Origin: Cladosporium halotolerans
Taxonomy: Eukaryota
Assembly: GCF_011745625.1 (NCBI RefSeq)
Contig: NW_027191479.1
Coordinates: 1-64,000 of the forward strand
DNA: 64,000 nucleotides
Direction of reading: 5' to 3'
The position numbers and the translations under genes were made by a program. Numbering within the stretch: the first letter of the stretch is position 1; each line of letters starts with the position of its first letter. Below the pieces are notes generated by a model. It was not told where the DNA came from. It did no database searches and saw only the letters and a list, made by a program, of their open reading frames with translations. Of the stretch, positions 1 through 9,970 are shown in pieces.

Positions 1-93
1 GATTGCTGATTGATTTCTGATTGAGCGCCCACCTGACTGATTTGATTCCTGATTGAGCTTCACCTGATTCTGAATATTCAAGATTCAAGATCT

Positions 94-452
94 ATGTTTG
101 CGGCGGGGCCTCATACAACGCAAGAAATAGAAGCCGTCTTGGACCAGGTCTTCCGAAGTCGCCATGAGCGTGCAAGCCTAATCCAGAAGTACAGTCGAGA
201 TGCCGCAAAACCTGCGACTGCAAAAAGCAGCAACGAGGTCACGATGTGAGTCATTTCAATTCATTCTCAATATTTCTATTGGCGTTGCGATATCGTTAAT
301 TCGTTGTCACTTTGCATTGCTGACATGCAGACAGGCGACCAGATGAGTTCATGGACTACAACTGCCTTTATAGAGGCGCGAAAGAATGGGCAGCGAAGAG
401 TGCTGAGGCTGGCAACCTAGAGAAGGCGCAGATTGCTGCAGTAGTTGGTTGA
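94..452 (+). CDS. Possible small two-exon hypothetical protein (~89 aa)
   Basis: ATG at 94, open to a GTGAGT donor at 246, GCTGAC branch site at 319-324, ACAG acceptor ending 334. The spliced frame stays open to TGA at 450-452 (MFAAGPHTTQEIEAVLDQVF...DEFMDYNCLYRG...AAVVG). No recognisable family. The nearer AG at 330 would give an early stop. Confidence 0.3.
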
Positions 453-1826
453 ATCATCCTAACTTGATGTATTGCCGTGGCATGTTGTCGTGGAGGTGGT
501 GGGTGACAGCATGTACACGTCCAGTAGGCGAAACATCTTGCTGTGTTCCAATGGGATAGAATCTGCATCTCACGGGCATACAGTCTCCTGCTAAGGACAA
601 GGAGTTAGATAGCGGCATGAACATCTAACAATCGGCATTCAGCGTAGCTGCTCCATACGAGTGATGTGTATTATCTCGCTCCATCTCGTAGGCATACAAG
701 ATCCGACTGACAACATAGCGCAGGATAGCAGCGTGAGCGTCTCGGAGAATAAGGCCGATTGTCGTTTTGAAGAAGACCGAGGAACGGAGTATCTTCCATT
801 TTTTCAGCATACCATTTACTAGCGAACATAGGTGCGAAGGAAGCAGCACGGCTGTACCAATTCAACCGAGATCTCTGTGTTCCACGGCATTGCTGTCAAA
901 TCTCTTGGAGGCGATAACCAAAACGTTTTCACATTCTGGCATATGTCCTCGGTTGATCGCGTCGAACTCGTGCATCAGAGTATGTGCGGCTGATCGAGCC
1001 GTCGCTCGAGCGGAGAGTGGCTTTCCATCCACGATGCACGGTATTATCCGTTACATGGCTTGCTCCTTTGTTCTCAAGAGGACGAAGATCATTTCTCCGT
1101 GGTCCCAGCACCGAGTCCGACACTCGTGAAAGCCTTTGCAAATTCCAGGTGAACCCTAAACTGACCGGACTCTCATAATCCCGCTACCTTGGCACGGCGT
1201 GTTTTCTGGGCTGCCCCATATTCCCCATGTTGTGGAGGCGGGTGGCTTCAAATTGGCGTTCCTTATTTCCAAACCTGCTGCTTAAAGCCGGCTGGGAGTG
1301 TTGGGCGACGTTTATGGTCAGCAAGAAAGGCGTGGTGAAGCAGGTATGAGGTAGCCTGGGCTGAGACGGGCACCGGCATTCACGTAAGCCTGCCAGTTGC
1401 CGAATACCAGAAACTCTACCAGCACTCAAAGACAAGCAGTGCGCAATTCGAAGCGTGGTCGACACGTGGGCGTCGTTCATCCGCTCTCGCGTCAGCGCTT
1501 CGGATTACCGATTGTGCGTATCTTGACCGTTGTAAAAGGTGTCGGACATTCAGGAGCAGATGTCACTGGCTGAGCTGGCGTCGATCTTTAATGCCGCGCC
1601 ACTATAGAGCAGTGGCATACATCACAAACACTTGGTATTCTGGAGATCGACCCCGCGTTCTCAACCCTTCCCCACGGCGTCGGGCCTGACTGCGGACTGG
1701 GCAATCAGATCATTTCGGCAGTATGATGAGTTTAGGTAGTACGCCTTTGTATAAGATTCGATTTGCACAGCTTGTTGTGTTGATGCACACCCTTCACGCA
1801 CCGTGGTCAAGTTGTCATCTACCAAA

Positions 1827-3551
1827 ATGACGAACCTTCAAAGCGAAAAGAAGGGAGACGTGCCGTTCAATGGCAACGCCGAGGCTTTCTCAAGCAGCGA
1901 ACAGGTCGAAGATGTTGGATCGAGGGAAGTCGTCTCGAAAATGACCGAGAGAAAGATCTTGTCCAAACTGGATCGTAGAATCGTTCCTATGGTCATGTGG
2001 ATGTAAGTTGTCTTTGTCATCTCACGCATGGTATCCACGTTCGGTCGAACTAACTTTCTCAGATATCTGATGAACTTCATGGATAGAGGTGTGATTGATA
2101 CCAGAACAGCCTGATTCCCAAACTAACAACGTTGGTAGTTGCAATTGGCAATGCCCGGTTGTACGGCATGGAAGAAGATCTTGGTTTGGCTGAAGGCCAG
2201 TTCCAACTTGCGGTATCGATCCTGTTCGTAACATACTGTGTAGGTCACATGTCTTAAGACACACCACCATGGCGTGGTTCGCTGACGATTGGCAGCTGTT
2301 TGAAGCGCCGTCCAATATGATCATCAAGCGATGTCAACCGGCCCGGTATCTGGCGTGTCTCACGATGCTCTGGGGTCTGGTAGCAACATTCACTGCTTTC
2401 GTCAACAACTTTGCTGCACTCGTCGCTTGTCGGTTGCTCCTAGGATTGTTCGAGGCAGGCTTCTTCCCGGGAATCATTCTTTACTTATCCTCGATATACA
2501 ACAAGAAGAACATCGCTCTACGAGTCGGATACTTCTTCACCACCAGCGCCATCTCAGGCGCGGTAGGAGGCCTGATTGCGTACGGAATCGGAAGCCTGGA
2601 CGGCGCTGCTGGCTGGCGAGGCTGGAGATGGATCTTCCTCATCACCGGCATTCCCACCGTTATTACGGGCTTCGTCATTCCACTCGTGCTGCCCAATTCA
2701 ATGGAATCTGCGAAGTTCTTGACCGACGAGGATCGTCGGAACCTGCTGTTACTTCGCGAGGCGGAGATGGGCCAGACCAAGTCCGCGCAAGAGCTTAGAT
2801 GGGCCGACGTGAAAGAGGGAATGTTGGACTGGAAGACATATGCATATGGCTGCTGTCAGTTCTGCAATAATGCCATGCTGTATTCTTTCAGGTGAGTCGA
2901 ATTTTCACTTGACGGAGATTGCTCAGATGGGACACATCTAACGCTTGCATCAGCGTCTTTCTCCCAACGATCATCAGGGGCTTCGGACAATGGACGATTC
3001 CGCAAGTTCAGGCACTGACAGTGCCGGTCTTCGCACTCGGAGCCATCACGTACCTGACCGTCGCCCGGCTCAGCGACATCACACAAGTCAGAGGACCGTT
3101 CGCCGTCGGCTGCATCCTGATCTCAATGACTGGATACATCATGCTCGTCTCGAACTCCGGCAATGCCGTATCTTTCGGCGGCTGCTTCCTGGTCGCCATG
3201 GGATGCTACGCTGCAAATGGTATTCCTGTTGCATGGCTGGCGACAAACAACCCACGTTACGGAAAGCGTGCATATGCCAGCGGCTTGCAGCTCAGCATCG
3301 GCAATAGCGCCGGTGTTGCGGCGCCCTTCTTGTTCGCTGATGATTATGCACCTGCATTCACTCAGAGTTACGGCGCCACCATTGGTCTGCTGGGTGTCGC
3401 AGCTTCTCTGTTCACCACGTTGCACCTCTGGTATAGGATCACCAATAAGAGAAGGGACCAAGGAAAGCATGACTGGAAGGCGGAAGGCAAGACGGAGGAG
3501 GAGATCGCGGAGATGGGCGAGAAGAGTCCCCGCTACAGATACACCCTCTGA
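1827..3551 (+). CDS. MFS transporter, anion:cation symporter (Dal5/Tna1 allantoate/nicotinate permease-like), ~498 aa, 5 exons
   Basis: Exons 1827-2002, 2063-2088, 2139-2239, 2296-2891, 2954-3551 with GT..CTRAC..AG introns, joining in frame. Motifs KLDRRIVP, NFMDRVAIGNARLYG, FEAPSN, RLLLGLFEAGFFPG, GWRWIF and C-terminal GEKSPRYRYTL are typical of this family. Confidence 0.93.
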
Positions 3552-4631
3552 GGGACTTGTGGTCCAGGGGTAGAGTGTCTGGCATAGTCATCTGCTGGGA
3601 GACCCGCACGATCGGGCCAGAAGAGGGCGATAGAATCTTTCCCAAAATCTCGAAGCAGTTCGGATAGAGATATGCAAAACAGCCTGCTACCATCTGCCCC
3701 AGGCAATTAGAAAGTCGCCGTTACTCGGAGAGTGTTGCGCAAATTAGAGGATCAGAGTAATGCGAAAGCATCGCCACGGGTTTCCCGAGTCGTGTATGTC
3801 CGTGGGAAAGTCCAGCGAATCGTTATCATCAAGAGATGGAGGGAGACTTTGTTGCTCGTTGCGTCGTGCCGGAGAAAAATCGGTGGTGAATACCTACTCA
3901 CCACATCCCGATCTGCGTGCGCGTCGACAAGGTCAGTGCGCGTCGCACGCGTGAACCCCAACCTCCTTTGACTTCTGGATTCTCAGCAGGGTCAGATGAC
4001 AGCATCTCAACGCGTTGTACAGCATCTGCTGTGAAATCCAGAGGATCTCTGCATGGGCAGTAGAGTATGTGGCTTCACGGCTCATGTCGTGAATGTCGTA
4101 ATGAAGCTATATGATTCGGAGTCTGCAGGATCTCTTCTCATCACCAGGGTTTGCGATAGCGTTCCTGACGATCATCCCTTTCTGCTCCAGGTTCTTCACG
4201 TAGATCTTCAACGTGCGTTAGCGAGCGATCTATTCTTGTCGCATGTATTTGTCGTGACACCACAACTCTAACATCACGATTGATTGACCAGTCTCATATT
4301 ACTAGGCAAGGCTTGCTGCTACCAACGCAGCTAACACGCGACCTTTTCCCGACCACCCAAGATCTTCACTGAGAAAACAGGCTTCCAACTACTCGTTGTT
4401 AGGTCCCGGCGACTCGCGCTTGCGACGCTCTTTCGGCAAGAACAGCCCCATTTTCGATGCTGTATACGAGGCTATGCCCATCCGTAATGATGATCGACCT
4501 CATGTCTCCACCGATCTCTATTTTCAAGCTTTCTGACGCAATGTCTCCATGTGCTTAGCATGATCTATATTCCTTCGAGACTCATCAAGTCCACCAGTTT
4601 CCTTCCGCTGCGGAACTACTGCACGATCACG

Positions 4632-5845
4632 ATGCTTTCTCTCGTTAGATACACCATCGCATCACTGTGCGCGACGGCAGCTGCGCAGCAATATGCCGGA
4701 GACACCATTTCCGGGTCTCTCCCATCGGCAGAAGGCGCTGAGATCGCCTACTTCCGTGTCTCAGATCCGTCTGGGGCCAATGATCGCCTGACACTGCTTA
4801 ACTATTACTCGCTCGACAGCAATGGACAGCGATTGCAGGAGTCTGCTGTTGAGCGAGCGGTGATCATGAATTTCGGCCAGAACAGGAACGCTGCTGACTA
4901 TGAGGGATTTGTGAGTTCATGCAAGTCATGCCGGGGCAAGAAGAATTGACTGACCGCATTTGACAGGTCATCGAAGCTCTGAAGAAAGTCACTTCGGGCG
5001 CCAGCGTCGACAATACCGCCGTCATGGTCCCCATGTGGGCCAACGATCAGGACAAAGGCGTCGCTTACCCTTACGACGACCAGACGCAAACATCAACATC
5101 GAACGCCATGGTCTGGTACGACACCGAGTGGGCTTACGGCCGCAACAACATGTATCCTTCTTCGTCAACGAACATCTCGACGTTCTACGTCCTCGACGAA
5201 ATCGTGCAATACTACATGGACGAGAGCACATTCCCTAACCTCAAGGAAGTCGTCATCGCCGGCCACTCGATGGGCTCTCAGTTGGTGCAAAGATACGCGG
5301 CGCTCACCTCGGTACAGTCCGGGCGTATTCCGGTCACGTTCTGGCCTGCTGACCCGAACTCGCTCGTCTGGCTCAGTGCCGACCATCCCGTTCAGACATC
5401 GAACTGCCCGACTTTCGATGATTACCCTGAAGGCTTCAGCAACTACGCGCAAGACAACCAGCAGTACGGCCAGACGCTTGTGAGCCAAGGTGTTGAGGCT
5501 GTGCGGCAGAACTTCCAGAACAAGCAGGTCGCTTGGCTACGATCGACCCAGGACCAGGGAGACCACACGACGGATGGTTGCGGTGCTTACGCTTCTGGCA
5601 ACAACCGCGACGAGCGGTTTTTGAACTTCATCAAAGCGTTCCCGCCGCAGTGCGAGGATCCCGCGGGCGGGAACTGCGACACCGTGGACTACATCGATGC
5701 AACGCACGATGCGCAAGCGGCCTTTGGCTCCGAGGCAGGGTTGGCGCGTTTATTCAGTGACAACTTTGATGGCAAGGGTGTTCGTGCGCATGACTTTGGC
5801 ACGCGGCGACAGAATGACGATGACCCGTACCCTAGCTCAGCGTAA
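4632..5845 (+). CDS. Secreted alpha/beta-hydrolase-fold protein (~385 aa, 2 exons)
   Basis: Signal-peptide-like start MLSLVRYTIASLCATAAAQQ. Intron 4911-4966 (GTGAGT..CTGAC..CAG). Nucleophile elbow VVIAGHSMGSQ, with a candidate catalytic His in ATHD near the C-terminus. Confidence 0.85.
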
Positions 5846-6427
5846 TTGACGAAGCTCTTCACGATTTCCGAGGTCTTCGACGTTTTTTGTCCAATGCAGG
5901 GCGTTCACGCCCTGCAACATTTCCGCGTTCGCCCAATGCTGTGTCTCTCTGTGGTCGAACTTCGTGCCCATGCTTGCAGCCTCTCGCAAATACCCATCAA
6001 AGGGACTACGAAGCCTGCGAACGCTGGGCAGGAAGTTCTCCCAAATCTATCAGACCGAATAGACCAGACACATAGGTACTCTGCCTATGGAGATGCACGA
6101 AGACGCCCTGCATCAAGGCCTGTCGTTCGAATGCTCTCGAGTGGGGTTGTCGTGATATCTGCCGCGCTCCCTCCACGCTAGGCTCCGTTGACGATAATCC
6201 AGGCTTCTGCCATGAGCGGCAAGTTCATTTTAGGCCTTCACCGTCTTGACGAGCAACCAACGCTAAATTCGAGATATGGTCCAGGTATCATGCCTGCATA
6301 TGAGACCTACTTTACCAAGGCTCTTAGATTTTGATAGGTATGCACCTGTTCATTTGTTCGCTCGAAATCCGGTAGCGGGAGGCCGAGAACGTGTATCAAA
6401 CGCTGGGGAGTGTGGATACGGCAAAAG

Positions 6428-6510
6428 GTCAACAATTATATCACACCATGCTTGCATTGCGCATTGCGCTACGCGCAATGCAAGCACGATGTGTGAATAT
6501 TCGTGTTGGC
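6428..6510. repeat. Imperfect inverted repeat / long hairpin
   Basis: Perfect 14-bp arms TGCTTGCATTGCGC (6449-6462) and GCGCAATGCAAGCA (6473-6486), extended by TCACAC/GTGTGA and GTCAACA/TGTTGGC pairing. Confidence 0.75.
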
Positions 6511-7139
6511 GGTCTTGTGGAAGTTCGAGGTGCGATCTCCGTCTTTGGTGCGTCGAATGGCAGGCACGGAGGACTCTTGCCGTGGTCGCAGGATTTGTGT
6601 ATGGAGAGGCAGGCGCAGAGCCGATTATTTTTGGGTGATGCAGGGTCATGGTGACATGTGGCGGGCCATCTCCACCTGGTACCGAGGCGCTGGGCTGAGA
6701 ATGCGCCCGGCAGCGCGGAGCTGCAAGCCAACGACAGACTTCGGGCGCAAGCTGTCGCAAGAGGTCGCATCGTTCGCTGCAAACTGGCTGATGGCTCGCC
6801 AGCAATCGAATAAATGTAGATTTGTATTCGCAGCAATGATAAGCCTGCCACTACGAGTAAACAGACAATATTGCTGGCAAGTCTCAGAGGCTCTGGCGCA
6901 CGTGACCGCGGACTTCAGCTGTTCACCAGAATACCACGCAATTTTGCACAACGCAACACAGCAATAAGGAAGAGCAGGTAAACGATCAGTCAAATGCATC
7001 CTATCAAGCAGACTTAGCCAGAATTTTTTACAGTCAAAAAAATACACTTCCATCCTTTGCCAGCGGTGGTGGCCTGGTGGTGGTGGTGACACATTGGCCA
7101 AATCGACCCAAATATTGACCAACATGTCAGAATAAATAC

Positions 7140-7148
7140 AAAAAAAAA
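7140..7148 (-). terminator. Pol III oligo-T terminator of U6
   Basis: Nine consecutive T on the minus strand immediately after the U6 3' sequence. Confidence 0.85.
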
Positions 7149-7237
7149 CTTGTAGCACTCTTTACTTGCATGTGTCATCCTTAGTGCAGGGGCCATGCTA
7201 ATCTTCTCTGTATTGTTTCCTAATGCTGGGTTAGTGT

Positions 7238-7246
7238 GGTTCGAAC
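7238..7246 (-). promoter_or_regulatory. Pol III B-box within U6 intron 2
   Basis: GTTCGAACC on the minus strand matches the B-box consensus GTTCRAnnC and lies inside the transcribed U6 gene. Confidence 0.7.
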
Positions 7247-7370
7247 GATGTTGTTGGAGGTGTAGCTTACAAATTGACCAAATGTCCTGGGAAGCTGTTA
7301 GAGAAATTCCACTGTACTAAGGGACTTTTCCAGCACTTACCCGAAGGACACTAGGTCTGGTGCAGCACGC

Positions 7371-7378
7371 TATATAAA
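7371..7378 (-). promoter_or_regulatory. TATA box of the U6 gene
   Basis: TTTATATA (TATATAAA on the + strand) lies 22-29 nt upstream of the predicted U6 +1 G at 7349, the position expected for fungal U6 TATA elements. Confidence 0.8.
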
Positions 7379-9020
7379 GCTTGGGCTGCAAGTTCGCCCT
7401 CGGGCCGAAGCAAGCCGGTTCTTGTCTCCTGAGGCTCCCAGGCCGCCGTTCCTCAGCGGAGCATGGTCTTCTTGCTCTCAGAAGCTAACCGGCCAGATAT
7501 CGAGTTATCCCAACCTTGAGTCCGTCCACCTTCCAACTCTTACGCTCTGAACGATCTTCGGCCGTCGCGAATTGACTATCAGTGCCATGCCGATCTTCGC
7601 TCACCTCTGACTGCCGCGGACGGTCGGCATTTGCTTCGTGATCGATTGAGAAATCGTCGCAATCGATCAGACGTTCATAAACTCAGCCAGTAGCCGATAA
7701 CAAGCAATCAATGTATTGTTCGAGCGTTCGAGAACCCATGGTGAGAAACTTGATAAATATTGCAAAGGATCAAAGGAAAACCTCAGGTGATTCCTGAATG
7801 ATGGAAGAGGGGTGCGAATTTCGTCAAGTGGGGGGATTCGAACGTGGGGAGGGGAGTTCTTCCGACGGCTCTGCACTGTGGATCCTCCGCCTCAACCCTT
7901 CCATGTACTCGTGTACTTCACACTAGCGAACGAACAGGCGTCAGAGCTCAGCCCGTCGTCTATACGACGACATCGCCTTGTTGACTTGCCTATTCGCGGA
8001 AATGATCGATGGGTTTGCGAATGCACTACGGCCTCACACAGTGTAGCCTACCGTTGGCCAGCAGCCCAGGCCAGGCAATCGCAGACATCCCCAGCAACGA
8101 TGCAAGCCATCCGTTGCAGAAGGTGTATAGCACGTGTGATTGATAGAATCATGACGGTGATCACGTTGTGAGGGCTTGTCGTGCTTCAGAGAAAGTGCTC
8201 TCCCACATGCGCACGTTCAATACTCGGAACGGAGAACGCAGAGGATCTGTGGGTAACCATTGACCAGTGGCATCCTCGTACGACCTGAAAGCTCGCATTC
8301 TATCAGTATCAATAGCTTGCATTGCATCGAGATCGGTCCTGTACTCTGTGGATCTCACGGGAGTCTTGCTTCGAATCTGTGCTCGTTTGCACGCTCCGCC
8401 CCACTTCGGAAGCTTGCTTCACTTAGCAAACATAAGCAAAAGCATGTTGCCGAGAAGGCAAACGCACCGGCGAACGGAGAGAAAAGGAATTGGTCACGTG
8501 CAATGAACCAGATATCGAGTGTGGCTCTGGTGCGCTACAAGTCCGCAAGCACGAGGTAGTTGTCACACATGAAAGGGCACCTTGCCGTTCTTAGCAACAG
8601 AATCTCAAAGCTTCAAATGACGCCTGGATTCCGTATGCGACCTGTTCGTATACCACGCTGCATGCCGTTCAAGCTCCGTGCACCGTTTGAGCTCAGAAGT
8701 TTTGCATCGAAGCAAGAATGATGGAAGTCCTGGTAAATTATTGGATTTCAAAGTGCTTTCGTGGGGAGCCAAACCGATCGTGAGTCTTTGAATGCTCCAC
8801 CGGGAAGGGATTTATTGGCCGTCTTAGATCCCAATACAGGAATGAGGGGGGAATTCCGTTTGAAAGCGTCTGCGGCGTCGTGCATGTCATATGCTGCGAG
8901 CTATGCATTGTTTGCTGGCTCTCTTCATGGTAGGAGCGGTGTGAGCATTGGAGAGCCTATATAGAACGATTGAGACTTAGGAACTTTCTCTCTTTCACAA
9001 CAACCATTTCAGTTTCTACA

Positions 9021-9776
9021 ATGGAATCTGAAATAATTGACACGCTTCCGGCGCTCAGAGCCTTCCTCAATGACATTCCTGTTGCGACCGATCCACCCAC
9101 CCTCTACGTGGACCTTGAAGGGAACAATCTATCCCGCCATGGCACGCTTTCTCTAGTCACTATCATGGTTGAGCCTCGCCACACAATGCATCTAATCGAC
9201 GTGACGACGCTCAAGAAAGATGCCTTCACCACCGCTGATGAAGGCAGCAACACGTTGCAGCAGATCCTGGAGTCGAGCAGCATCACGAAGGTCTTCTTCG
9301 ATATCCGCAGGGATTCCGATGCTCTGTTTCATCTCTTCGGAGTCCGTGTCGCAGGCATTCAGGACTTGCAGCTCATGGAGATCGCGACCAGGAGCTCTGC
9401 CAAGCGCTTTCTCTCCGGCTTGGCCAAGTGTGTTGAGAAAGACGCTCGACTCGCTTTCTCAGAGAAGGTCCAGTGGCAGGCGACGAAGAACAAGGGACAC
9501 CGGCTTTTCGACCCAGCTTCAGGCGGCAGCTATGCAGTCTTTGACGAGCGCCCGTTGTCGCCGGAGATGTTGGCTTACTGTGTGCAAGACGTGATCCACG
9601 TGCCAGTTCTGCTTGACCAGTACAAAGCGAAACTCAGTGATGCGTGGATGGTCAAAGTGGAGCAAGAAACGGCCGCACGAATTGCCCTCTCGCAGAGCGC
9701 TTCCTTTGACCCCAAAGGCCAACGCATGGTGGAGGCGCCTGCTGGTTGGGAGCATTGGCGTCCAGGTGGAGCATGA
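9021..9776 (+). CDS. 3'-5' exonuclease, DEDDy/RNase D-like (EXD1-like), 251 aa, single exon
   Basis: ExoI LYVDLEG, ExoII KVFFDIRRDSDAL, IQDLQLME and ExoIII RPLSPEMLAYCVQDV. First ATG at 9021. Confidence 0.9.
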   Translation: MESEIIDTLPALRAFLNDIPVATDPPTLYVDLEGNNLSRHGTLSLVTIMVEPRHTMHLIDVTTLKKDAFTTADEGSNTLQQILESSSITKVFFDIRRDSDALFHLFGVRVAGIQDLQLMEIATRSSAKRFLSGLAKCVEKDARLAFSEKVQWQATKNKGHRLFDPASGGSYAVFDERPLSPEMLAYCVQDVIHVPVLLDQYKAKLSDAWMVKVEQETAARIALSQSASFDPKGQRMVEAPAGWEHWRPGGA

Positions 9777-9970
9777 TGAGTGTGATCTTGGCGGAGCTGA
9801 TATCGCTTGGTATCTTGATTGCGGAAATCGTGGATGATGTGGCCTTTAATCTCAGGAAATGAGCACAGAGTGAACGCTCATTTCATCGATCAGCTCTAGT
9901 TTCCTTCAGCGAGAGCGAAGAATAGTGAGACATCAACGGCTTATTTTGCGAACAATGTACCTTCCATAGC

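Larger units (their letters stand above)
7140..7349 (-). ncRNA. U6: U6 spliceosomal snRNA gene interrupted by two spliceosomal introns
   Basis: Exons 7349-7341, 7286-7271 and 7219-~7140 splice to GTCCTTCGGGACATTTGGTCAATTTGAAACAATACAGAGAAGATTAGCATGGCCCCTGCACTAAGGATGACACATGCAAGTAAAGAGTGCTACAAG plus a T-run (~100 nt). It has the ACAGAGA box, AGC triad, internal stem-loop, a 5' GTCC-TTCG-GGAC hairpin formed only after splicing, and a T9 Pol III terminator. Introns 7340-7287 (GTAAGT..CTAAC..CAG, 54 nt) and 7270-7220 (GTAAGC..CTAAC..TAG, 51 nt). Confidence 0.96.

Noticed and set aside
1..75. CTGATT-rich imperfect repeat at the window start
   Set aside because: Short, low-complexity and truncated by the window edge; no evidence for a telomere or transposon end.
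4487..4536. ATGATGA...CTGA resembling a C/D snoRNA
   Set aside because: Only 50 nt, with no terminal stem and no recognisable rRNA-antisense guide.
7503..7511. AGTTATCCC antisense to LSU rRNA GGGAUAACU as an H/ACA guide
   Set aside because: A 9-nt match is expected by chance, and there is no H or ACA box at the required 14-15 nt distance.
7800..7900. Possible tRNA around GTTCGAATCC
   Set aside because: No T-stem, acceptor stem or anticodon arm can be paired; kept only as an orphan B-box.
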